NCBI GenBank assembly: GCA_030841035.1
Contig: JAVEDI010000104.1
Coordinates: 9,445-73,444, forward strand
Source of the DNA: Actinomycetota bacterium
GTDB lineage: Bacteria; Actinomycetota; Actinomycetes; JACCUZ01
Direction: 5' to 3'
Length of the DNA stretch: 64,000 nucleotides
Positions within the stretch are counted from its first letter, which is position 1, and each line of letters begins with the position of its first letter. Under the pieces are notes generated by a model. That model was given only the letters and a program-made list of their open reading frames with translations, did not search any database and was not told the origin of the DNA. The position numbers and the translations under genes were made by a program. Below are positions 25,441 to 33,846 of this stretch, in pieces.

Positions 25441-26433
25441 TCAGCGGGCGCGGGCGCTGCCGTTGCCGACGCGCAGTGGCGCGGTGTCGACCGCCTCGAA
25501 AGCCGAGGCGGGCACCCGCTTGAGGTCGTCGAGCAGGCTGGTGCTCCAGCGGGCGTCGCGCGTGCCCTGGAAGAACCACGGTGAGCCGTTGTCGGCCAGC
25601 ACCAGCCCGTAGGTCTTCATCGCGCGCAGCACCGTCCGTGCGGGGCGGCCGTAGGAGGCGATCGGGTAGGACGCCTTGAGCCGGAACCGTGCACCCATCG
25701 GGGGGTACGACGGGTCGCTGACCGACCCGGCGTCGTGGCGCGCCGGCCAGATGTGGGCCCGGTCGGTCACGTCCGTCGTGAACCGCACCGCGTGGTCCAC
25801 CCGGCCCGCGAGCACCTCGTCGTAGCGCAGCAGACCGGGCAGGATGGGCAGGCCCGCAGCGTCCGCCGACGTCCAGCCCTGCGGGCGCAGCAGGTTGCTC
25901 CGCAGCCGCCACGACGCCCCGGACCCGGCCCGCCACGTGCCGTTCGGGTCCTGCTGGGTGGCCCAGGTCTCGTAGAGCCGGCACGTCGAGCGGTCCACCA
26001 CGATCGCGTGCCGGTCGCCGTCCGAGCCGCGGCCGCCCTCGATCCTGGTGTCCCGGCCCAGCGGGTAGCGCAGCCGGTCGCTCTCGGACCGGTAGGTGAA
26101 CCGCACCGCGACCTTGGGATGAGCACGGCCGACGACGGTCACCGGGATGCCGTAGTCGGTCGGTGCCGCGCCGAAGGACGGCCCGAAGTCGGGATGCAGC
26201 CGGCGGTCCGGCGACATGTGCGCCAGCCATTGGCCGCTGCGCGGGTGCACCGGGAGGCCGCTGACCCGGGCGTGCCAGTAGTTGTCCGCCGGGAACACCG
26301 GGCAGCGCGTGCCGGGCAGCCGAGGCAGGGCGCTCTGGGCCGGTGTCGGGGCCACGGCGAGGAGCACCGTGACCGCGAGGACGGCGAACAGGGCGGAGAG
26401 CAGGGGGGCGACCAGCGCCGGGCGTGACCTCAC
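25441..26433 (-). CDS. Secreted hypothetical protein
   Basis: GTG 26433 gives the signal-like N-terminus VRSRPALVAPLLSALFAVLAVTVLLAVAPTPAQS. The longer 647-aa ORF extension is antisense to the globin gene. Confidence 0.65.
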   Translation of the reverse strand: MRSRPALVAPLLSALFAVLAVTVLLAVAPTPAQSALPRLPGTRCPVFPADNYWHARVSGLPVHPRSGQWLAHMSPDRRLHPDFGPSFGAAPTDYGIPVTVVGRAHPKVAVRFTYRSESDRLRYPLGRDTRIEGGRGSDGDRHAIVVDRSTCRLYETWATQQDPNGTWRAGSGASWRLRSNLLRPQGWTSADAAGLPILPGLLRYDEVLAGRVDHAVRFTTDVTDRAHIWPARHDAGSVSDPSYPPMGARFRLKASYPIASYGRPARTVLRAMKTYGLVLADNGSPWFFQGTRDARWSTSLLDDLKRVPASAFEAVDTAPLRVGNGSARAR

Positions 26434-26727
26434 CCGAGGACTATCGACGCCACCGGCCTCCAACCTGACCCGGACTGCGCAGCCGGCGTCGGGACAGCGG
26501 TACGACGCCGCGGCGCGGGGCTCGATCGCGTGGCTGCCTGGGCTTTTGCCGGGCCATCCCGGGGGTCGGGAGCCGGGATAGGCGCGGCGGTCCGGAGCGC
26601 GTAACCTGACCCCTCGGTCTCGGGCCGGCGGCGAGGGTGCCGTCCCGAAGGCGAATCGCACCGACGGGGCTGCGGGACCTGCTGCGGCGCCGCTGCGACG
26701 AGGTGCAGAGAGGACGAGAGCGGGCGC

Positions 26728-27972
26728 ATGGACTCGACCGGCGACCAGTTCGAGCGAGCGATCCCGCCCCTGGAGGACGACATCGCGCTCCTCGAGGAGA
26801 ACCTCCAGCTGATCTCCGACCAGTCCGATCGGGTCGTCGGGTACTTCTACGCCTCCCTGTTTCTGGAGAACCCACAGCTGCGCTCGATGTTCCCTGCGGC
26901 GATGGACGTCCAGCGGGAGCGGCTGTTCCGGGCGCTGACCAGCGCCGTCGGCCACCTCGCGGAGCCCGAGAAGTTCGTGCCGATGCTGCAGGCGCTGGGG
27001 AGGGATCACCGCAAGTTCGACGTCCGCCCGGAGCAGTACGCCGCGGTCGGGCGCGCCCTGATCACCGCGCTGCGCACGTACAGCGAGCAGTTCTGGGTCC
27101 CGGAGCTCGAGGACGCCTGGCGGCGGGCCTACACCTATCTGGCGACCACGATGATGGAGGGCGCGCACCTGTCGGCGCGGGTTGAACCGGCCTGGTGGGA
27201 CGCTGAGATCGTCGCCCACGAGCGCCGCGCCGAGGACATCGCCGTGATCACGGTGCGCCCGGACCGGCCCTTCCACTACCGCGCCGGCCAGTTCACGAGC
27301 ATCGAGACGTCCTACCAGCCGCGGTCGTGGCGCACCTACTCGATGGCGACCGGCCCGAGTCCCGACGGTTTGGTCGAGTTCCACGTCCGCGTGGTGGGTG
27401 GCGGCTTCGTCAGCGGACCTCTGGTGTGGCGGGCCAGGGTCGGCGACATCCTCAAGCTGGGCCAGCCGATGGGTGAGATGGCCATCGACAAGCAGTCACG
27501 CCGTGACGTCGTCTGCGTCGCAGGCGGCACGGGGCTGGCTCCTGTCAAGGCGATGATCGACGAGATGACCCGGTGGAACACGGCGCGCAGGGTCACGCTG
27601 CTGTTCGGGGTCCCCACCCGCAACGAGCTGTACGACCTCGCCGCGCTGCAGCGTCTCGCCGCCATGCACTCTTGGCTGACCGTCCTCCCGTGCGTCTCCG
27701 ACGACCCGGGCTGGGCCGGGGAGCGGGGCAACCTGCCTGACGTGCTCGCCCGGCGCGGACCGTGGAGCGAGCACGACGTGGTGGTGTGCGGCTCACCGGC
27801 GATGACCCGTGCGACGCTGGGCCGGCTGCGCGACATGGGCGTACCCGACCAGCGCATCACCTACGACGCCGCAGGCGACGTACACCCCGCGGCCGCGCAG
27901 GTCATCGACCTGCGTCGCACCCGCGCCAACCGGGCTGCCCGAGCGGCCCGGTCCGCCCCGCAACAGCGCTGA
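26728..27972 (+). CDS. Globin-domain / FAD-NAD(P) reductase fusion (type II flavohemoglobin-like)
   Basis: N-terminal globin (FYASLFLENPQLRSMFP...LGRDHRKFDV) is fused to a ferredoxin-reductase module (RTYSMA FAD motif, VAGGTGLAPV NAD motif). Confidence 0.8.
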   Translation: MDSTGDQFERAIPPLEDDIALLEENLQLISDQSDRVVGYFYASLFLENPQLRSMFPAAMDVQRERLFRALTSAVGHLAEPEKFVPMLQALGRDHRKFDVRPEQYAAVGRALITALRTYSEQFWVPELEDAWRRAYTYLATTMMEGAHLSARVEPAWWDAEIVAHERRAEDIAVITVRPDRPFHYRAGQFTSIETSYQPRSWRTYSMATGPSPDGLVEFHVRVVGGGFVSGPLVWRARVGDILKLGQPMGEMAIDKQSRRDVVCVAGGTGLAPVKAMIDEMTRWNTARRVTLLFGVPTRNELYDLAALQRLAAMHSWLTVLPCVSDDPGWAGERGNLPDVLARRGPWSEHDVVVCGSPAMTRATLGRLRDMGVPDQRITYDAAGDVHPAAAQVIDLRRTRANRAARAARSAPQQR

Positions 27973-27978
27973 CACGTC

Positions 27979-29313
27979 GTGGACAGCTTCGACTGGCAGA
28001 CCCATCCCGAGGCCGAGGCGCTCGTCGCCTCCCTCGTGCGGTCGGCGCTCGCCGCGAGTCCGGCCGGCAGAGTGCTCGCCGAGCGGCTCCCGGCCGAGAC
28101 CTCCACCGGCATCGGTGACTGGCTCGACCACGTGGGCGCAGACGTCGACCCGGCCGCGCTCAGCGCCGCCGGCTTCGTCCACGCGCCGGGCACCAGCCCC
28201 GGGGTCTGGCGGCACCCGGGGGCGCAGCTGCCCGCCGTCGTACCCGGTCCGCCGCTGCTCGCGCTGCGGGTCGACGACGCCGCGGCCTTCGCGGCCGCCC
28301 ACGGCGGCGCAGGCGTGAGCGGCTCGCCGTACGCCGGCTACCGCAGCGCCGCCGTGCACCATCCCGACGAGGAGGGCCAACCCGTGCTCGGCGTCGAGCG
28401 CCGGTCCTGGGCATCGGGAGTGCTCCCCGCCGAGCTGGACGCCGACGCGGCGCTGCGGGCGCGGCGACAGTGGGCGGAGCGGCCTCGCGCCTACGGTCTC
28501 CTGGGTGCGCGCGACGGGATGCGGGAGGCGCGCGAGCGGGCCGAGGCGATGGTGGCCGAGGTCGGTGCGGACCTCGCGGCGTCGTACGTGATGGAGGTCG
28601 AGCGGGGCTACTGGATGAGTCGCAACACCGCGGCCGCCGTGCAGCACGCCCGCCAGAACCGGCTCGGGCTGGGCTGGGGCAACCACGACCACCACACGTT
28701 CCGGTCGTCGCGCGGCACGTTCCGCGAGCTGATCGACATCTTGCGCGTCCTCGGGTTCCAGCTGCGCGAGCGCTTCTATGCCGGTGAGGAGGCCGGCTGG
28801 GGGGCGCAGGTGCTCGAGCACCGCGGCGCTGGCCTGGTCGTGTTCGCCGACGTCGACCTGACGCCCGACGAGGTCGCCATCGACTTCGCGTCGGTCGAGC
28901 TTCCGGCCGCGCCCGACCGCACCGACGGGCTGGGCACCGTCGGGCTGTGGTGCTTCCTGCACGGCGAGTCGGTCCTGCAGGCCGGCATGCACCACCTCGA
29001 GGGGCAGTTCGACTTCGACCGGCTGCGCGACGACCTGGCCGCCCGCTCGATCGGGCAGATGACGCCGTTCTCCGACCTGCCGCACCTGCGCCAGGCGTTC
29101 ACCGAGCCCGAGCGCTGGCCGGTGACGCGCGAGCGCATCGACGCCCTCGTCGAGACCGGCGGGCTGCACCCCACGAAGGCCGCCGAGTTCCTCGCGCGCG
29201 GCGCCCCCGGCTCGCACCTGGAGAACCTCGCCCGCCGCGGTGGCTTCAAGGGCTTCAACCAGGCCAACGTGTCGACCACGATGCGGGCCACCGACCCGCG
29301 CGTGCTCGCCTGA
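27979..29313 (+). CDS. Hypothetical protein, possible metal-dependent (VOC/DUF1338-like) enzyme
   Basis: 444 aa. His clusters WGNHDHHTFRSS, VLEHRG and MHHLEG loosely recall the metal ligands of VOC/DUF1338 proteins. Weak recognition only. Confidence 0.55.
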   Translation: MDSFDWQTHPEAEALVASLVRSALAASPAGRVLAERLPAETSTGIGDWLDHVGADVDPAALSAAGFVHAPGTSPGVWRHPGAQLPAVVPGPPLLALRVDDAAAFAAAHGGAGVSGSPYAGYRSAAVHHPDEEGQPVLGVERRSWASGVLPAELDADAALRARRQWAERPRAYGLLGARDGMREARERAEAMVAEVGADLAASYVMEVERGYWMSRNTAAAVQHARQNRLGLGWGNHDHHTFRSSRGTFRELIDILRVLGFQLRERFYAGEEAGWGAQVLEHRGAGLVVFADVDLTPDEVAIDFASVELPAAPDRTDGLGTVGLWCFLHGESVLQAGMHHLEGQFDFDRLRDDLAARSIGQMTPFSDLPHLRQAFTEPERWPVTRERIDALVETGGLHPTKAAEFLARGAPGSHLENLARRGGFKGFNQANVSTTMRATDPRVLA

Positions 29314-29354
29314 CCCGCCGTCCTGGGCGTGCGCCGATCCGCGCCCCGGGATCG

Positions 29355-29407
29355 GTGATCGTGAGGGGATCCGGCACGGATCGGGTGCTGATCCTCCTCA
29401 CGATCAC
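29355..29407 (+). repeat. Third copy of the 53-nt hairpin element
   Basis: Same 12-bp basal stem GTGATCGTGAGG / CCTCACGATCAC and the same total length as the copies at 23915 and 24018. The inner 29 nt differ but still fold (GGATC/GATCC and CGGCAC/GTGCT). Confidence 0.8.
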
Positions 29408-29453
29408 GGGAAGGGGGGCACGGGAAGAGGGGCACGGGAAGGGGGGCGGCGGG
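29408..29453 (+). repeat. G-tract tandem repeat (14-nt period, 3 units)
   Basis: GGGAAGGGGGGCAC / GGGAAGAGGGGCAC / GGGAAGGGGGGCGG at 29408, 29422 and 29436. It abuts the stop codon (29454-29456) of the minus-strand aldehyde dehydrogenase. Confidence 0.6.
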
Positions 29454-30998
29454 TCAGAGGCGGAAACCGGGGTCGTACGCCGCGTCGGCGAACCCGCCGC
29501 CGAGCCCCTGGCCGATCCCGGGCGTGTCCAGCTGCGCCTTCTGCAGCGTGCCGGCGTAGTCCCAGTTCATCGACTGCCAACGGGTGAACTGGTCGAGCAC
29601 CCAGATGCCCGACTGGCGAGAGCCGTTGCCCGAGAGCCCGTTGCCGCCGAAGGGCAGGTGCGCCTCGGCGCCCGACGTCGAGTTGTTGACGCTGACCATG
29701 CCGGCCGAGCAGCGTTCGCGGAAGCGGAACGCCGTCGCCGCGTCCGAGGTGTAGATCGCGGCCGAGAGCCCGTAGCCGTGGCCGTTCGCGAGCTCGACGG
29801 CCTCGTCGAACGAGTCCCACACCCCTACGCCGATCAGCGGCCCGAAGGTCTCGACGCGGTACAGCTCGTCCTCGGCCGATACGCCGCTCACCACGGTGGG
29901 GTGCACGTACAAGCCGGTCGACGGATCACCGACGAAGCCTTCGCGGGGGTTGTCGCCGGTGATCCGGCCCGTCCCCGTCGAGCCGTGTACGCCGTGGTGC
30001 GGCTGCACGAGGTCGAGGTGCTTCTCGAACGCCGCCAGGTAGTTCTCGTTGATCAGCGGCCCGAACAGCACGTCACCCGTCGGCTCGCCCACCGGCGCTG
30101 CCGCCAGTGCCGCACCGAGGCGCGCCACGAACTCGTCGTACACGCTGCGGTGCACGAACGCGGTGCCGAGAGAGGTGCAGCGCTGCCCGGCGGTGCCGAA
30201 CCCGCTGAACAGCGCGCCGTCCACGGCGAGGTCGAGGTCGGCGTCGGCGGTGACGACCAGGGGGTTCTTGCCGCCGAGCTCGAGACAGGCCGACTGCAGG
30301 TGGCGCCCGGCGAGCTCGCCGATGCGCCGTCCGACGGTCGTCGATCCGGTGAAGCCGACCTTGTCCACGACACCCGCCTCCAGTGCCGCGGACAGTCCCT
30401 CGAACGCCGTCGGCCCGTCGGCATGCACGACCTGCAGCACCTCGCGTGGCACACCGCCGTGCCAGAACAGCGACGCGAGGGCCTCGGCGACGGCCGGTGC
30501 CGACTCCGACGGCTTCCACACCACGGCGTTGCCGCACACCAGCGCCGGCACGACGTACCACGAGGGCACCGCGACGGGGAAGTTCGCCGCCGTCACGATC
30601 GCGGCGACGCCCACCGGCACGCGAAAGGTGAACAGCTGCTTGTCGGGCATCTCGCTCGGGACCGTCTGGCCGTAGAGCCGGCGCCCCTCGCCGAGGAAGA
30701 AGTCGCAGGTGTCGACGATCTCCTGCACCTCGCCGAGCGCCTCGGCGTAGGGCTTGCCGATCTCGCGGGTGACCAGCGCCGCCAGCGCGGCCTTGTTCGC
30801 CTCGACCAGCCGGCCGACCTGCGCGATCACCCGCCCGCGGGCCGGAGCCGGCACCCGGGCCCAACCCTGCTGCGCCTCGCGCGCGCGTCGGCAGACGGCG
30901 ACGAACCCGTCGGGGTCGGTGCCGTCCCGCTCGAGCACCACCTCGTCGAGACGGGCAGGGTTGCGGGAGACCAGACGGGCGGCGGCCGTCACGGCCAC
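29454..30998 (-). CDS. Aldehyde dehydrogenase (ALDH7/aminoadipate-semialdehyde-dehydrogenase-like)
   Basis: Motifs GEVQEIVDTCDF, NFPVAV, ELGGKNP, GTAGQRCTS and TSGAEAHLPFGG. Confidence 0.9.
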   Translation of the reverse strand: MAVTAAARLVSRNPARLDEVVLERDGTDPDGFVAVCRRAREAQQGWARVPAPARGRVIAQVGRLVEANKAALAALVTREIGKPYAEALGEVQEIVDTCDFFLGEGRRLYGQTVPSEMPDKQLFTFRVPVGVAAIVTAANFPVAVPSWYVVPALVCGNAVVWKPSESAPAVAEALASLFWHGGVPREVLQVVHADGPTAFEGLSAALEAGVVDKVGFTGSTTVGRRIGELAGRHLQSACLELGGKNPLVVTADADLDLAVDGALFSGFGTAGQRCTSLGTAFVHRSVYDEFVARLGAALAAAPVGEPTGDVLFGPLINENYLAAFEKHLDLVQPHHGVHGSTGTGRITGDNPREGFVGDPSTGLYVHPTVVSGVSAEDELYRVETFGPLIGVGVWDSFDEAVELANGHGYGLSAAIYTSDAATAFRFRERCSAGMVSVNNSTSGAEAHLPFGGNGLSGNGSRQSGIWVLDQFTRWQSMNWDYAGTLQKAQLDTPGIGQGLGGGFADAAYDPGFRL

Positions 30999-31077
30999 CG
31001 CCCCACGAGTCGTGCGCCCCGGGGGCGGTCGTGCGCGGCGAGGTCCATGTCGGTCACCGTACGACGGTGCCGGTGGC

Positions 31078-33804
31078 TCACCAGAGCTGGTCGGCCCGCA
31101 GCAGGTCGGCCAGCTCCTCGGTCGGCACGGGGCGTCCGACCAGGAAGCCCTGGGCCTCGTCGCAGCCCATCGCCCGCAGCGCGGCCAGCTGGTGCTCGGT
31201 CTCGACGCCCTCGGCCACGACGGCGAGGTCGTGGGCGTGCGCGAGAGCGACGACCGCGGCCACCACCGCGTCGTCCTGACGGCTGACCCCCAGCCGGGTG
31301 ACGAACGACCGGTCGATCTTGAGGAAGCGCAGGTCGAAGCGCTGCAGGTAGCCCAGGGCGGAGTAGCCGGTGCCGAAGTCGTCGAGGCCGACGTCCATGC
31401 CCAGCTCGGCGATCCGCTGCAGCGACTCGGTCACGACGGGGGTGATGGCGAGCAGGGTGCTCTCGGTGATCTCCACGCGGATCGCCGACCCGTCGACGCC
31501 ATACCAGCGCATCGCCGCGTGCATCCGGTCGACGAAGCCGCGGTCGCCGAGGGATCGGGCCGAGACGTTGGTCGAGATGCGCTGCACGGCCAGCTCGGGA
31601 TCCTTGACCCAGCTGGCGAACGCCCGCAGGCTCAGCTCGAACATGCGGGCGTCGAGCTCCACGATCAGCCCGGTGTCCTCGGCCGCGTCGATGAAGTCAC
31701 CCGGGAGGACGAGGCCGCGGACCGGGTCGGCGATGCGGGCGAGTGCCTCGGCGGCGCGGACGCGGCCGCAGGACAGGTCGAGGAGCGGCTGGAAGTGCGG
31801 TACCAGGAGGTCCTCGGCGAGGGCCCTGCGCAGCAGCGTCTCCGCCTCGACCCGTGCCTCGACCCTCGCGCGCAGCGCGTCGTCGAAGAGGGCGTACTGG
31901 TCGCGCCCGTCGTCCTTGGCCCGGTAGAGGGCGAGGTCAGCCTCGCGGTAGAGGTCGCTGTGCGACCGATCGGGGGTCGACGCGACGGCGACCCCGATGC
32001 TGGCGGTGGCGACGAACGGTTCGTCGCGGCCGGCGAGCACGTAGGGCCGCCGCAGGGTCTCCAGCAGCCGCGCGACGATGGCATGCAGGTCGTCCAGATG
32101 GGTGATGCCCTCGATCAGCACGACGAACTCGTCACCGCCCAGCCGCGCGACCGTGGCGTCGGCCCGGCTGAGTGCCTGGAGTCTCGCCGCGACCTCGATG
32201 AGCAGGGCGTCGCCGACCTGGTGCCCGAGGGAGTCGTTGACCAGCTTGAAGCGGTCGATGTCCAGCAGCAGCAAGGCACACGAGCCCTCGACACGCTGCA
32301 ACCGGGCCAGCGCCTGGTCGAGCCGGTCGGTCAGCAGGGCGCGGTTGGCCAGCCCGGTCAACGTGTCGGTCAGTGCGAGGCGCTCGAGCTCGGCCTGCTC
32401 CTTCCGGCGCTCGGTGACGTCCAGCGCGTGCGTGATGAGGTAGAGGGCGTCGCCGTCGGGTCCCACCGCGACCGAGCTGGTCAGCCAGGCGTAGACCGTG
32501 CTGCCGTCCTTAGCGCGGAACCGCTTGTCGAACGCGAGCTGGGTGACCCGGCCCTGCAGCACGCCCTGGAAGCGGCGCAAGTCCGTCTCGATGTCGCCGG
32601 GATGGGTGCATTCGGCCATCGTGCGGCCGGCGAGCTCGTCGGGTGAGTAGCCCAACATGGCGCAGAACGCCGCGTTGGCACGCAGGTACTGGCCCGCCGT
32701 GCCGGGGGTCAGGCTGATCATCGACATGCCGATCGGGGCGTTGTCGAAGGCCACCCGGAAGTGCTGTTCGCTCGCGGCCAGGGCCGCGTCGGCGTCGTAC
32801 TGGTCGGTGACGTCGGCGAAGGAGCACACGACCGCCGACATCTCGCCGGCGACATCGTGCACAGGCACCGCGTTCACGCACAGCCAACGCAGCTCGGAGC
32901 CGGGCAGCTGAAGGCCCAGCAGCTGGTCGTGCTGCGCCTCACCGGTCGCCAGGGCGACCGCCGAGGGGTGCTCGGTCGCCGGCCATGGCGAGCCGTCAGG
33001 GTGGACGGTGCGCCAGTGGTCCTCGTAGCTGCTGCGCCCGAGCAGCTGCTCCACGGTCATGCCCAGAGCCCGCTCCGCGGCGCGGTTGGCGAAGACGATG
33101 AAGCCCTCGAGGTCCTGCACGACCATGCCGTCGGTCATCGCCTCGAGCACGGCCGTCGCGCGCGCCTGGATGGCGTCCCGCGAGCGCAGGTCGAGGGCAT
33201 GGGCGAGGCGGTTCGCGCCCACGTCGGCGAGCATCTCGAGCACCTCGAGCTCGGTCTCGTCGAAGGCGAACGGCTGGGACGACAGGGCGGCGATCAGTGC
33301 GATGACCTCACCGTTGTGCACCAGCGGGACGGCCGCCACGGAGAGCGTGGCCGTGCGCTTGGCGATCGCACGGGAGGTACGCGGGTCACGGCGACCGTCG
33401 GTGCACAGCTGCGCGCGACGGGTACGTAGCGCCAGACCGCTGAGGGAACCCTCCACCGGGATGGTGTCGCCGACGACCAGCCGGGTGGTGCCGGCCGTCG
33501 CGCGTGCCACGACGACCTCGCCTACCGGCTGACCCGTGACGGCGCCTTCCGCGTCGACCACGGCGCATACGGCCTCGGCCAGCATGGTGAAGATGGTGGC
33601 CGGGTCGGGCGGCGCGCAGGCCAGCCTGCTCTGCGCTTCGATGACGGCTTGCAACTGGCGCGCGTTGGGTACGCGCGGTCGCCGAAGCCCGCTCGGATGG
33701 TAGGTGGGCCCGGCCGCTGGCTTCGCCGCGACGCTCACAAGGGTCACATCGGCCCACAAGGACCCAAACCTGAGGGGTTGACGAAGAATTTCCCGTCCCT
33801 GCAC
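31078..33804 (-). CDS. Multidomain c-di-GMP turnover protein (GAF-PAS-PAS-GGDEF-EAL)
   Basis: RLGGDEFVVLI (GGDEF), EALARI and DDFGTGYS (EAL), with PAS-like and GAF-like segments upstream. Confidence 0.9.
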   Translation of the reverse strand: MQGREILRQPLRFGSLWADVTLVSVAAKPAAGPTYHPSGLRRPRVPNARQLQAVIEAQSRLACAPPDPATIFTMLAEAVCAVVDAEGAVTGQPVGEVVVARATAGTTRLVVGDTIPVEGSLSGLALRTRRAQLCTDGRRDPRTSRAIAKRTATLSVAAVPLVHNGEVIALIAALSSQPFAFDETELEVLEMLADVGANRLAHALDLRSRDAIQARATAVLEAMTDGMVVQDLEGFIVFANRAAERALGMTVEQLLGRSSYEDHWRTVHPDGSPWPATEHPSAVALATGEAQHDQLLGLQLPGSELRWLCVNAVPVHDVAGEMSAVVCSFADVTDQYDADAALAASEQHFRVAFDNAPIGMSMISLTPGTAGQYLRANAAFCAMLGYSPDELAGRTMAECTHPGDIETDLRRFQGVLQGRVTQLAFDKRFRAKDGSTVYAWLTSSVAVGPDGDALYLITHALDVTERRKEQAELERLALTDTLTGLANRALLTDRLDQALARLQRVEGSCALLLLDIDRFKLVNDSLGHQVGDALLIEVAARLQALSRADATVARLGGDEFVVLIEGITHLDDLHAIVARLLETLRRPYVLAGRDEPFVATASIGVAVASTPDRSHSDLYREADLALYRAKDDGRDQYALFDDALRARVEARVEAETLLRRALAEDLLVPHFQPLLDLSCGRVRAAEALARIADPVRGLVLPGDFIDAAEDTGLIVELDARMFELSLRAFASWVKDPELAVQRISTNVSARSLGDRGFVDRMHAAMRWYGVDGSAIRVEITESTLLAITPVVTESLQRIAELGMDVGLDDFGTGYSALGYLQRFDLRFLKIDRSFVTRLGVSRQDDAVVAAVVALAHAHDLAVVAEGVETEHQLAALRAMGCDEAQGFLVGRPVPTEELADLLRADQLW

Positions 33805-33846
33805 AGCGGCTGGTCATGCCCCTAGGGTGGGCTGGACCGGCCGAGC

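Noticed and set aside
25441-27384. 647-aa ORF on the minus strand
   Set aside because: Only the last 330 codons look like a gene (signal peptide at GTG 26433). The upstream part is antisense to the globin-reductase gene and to the intergenic region.
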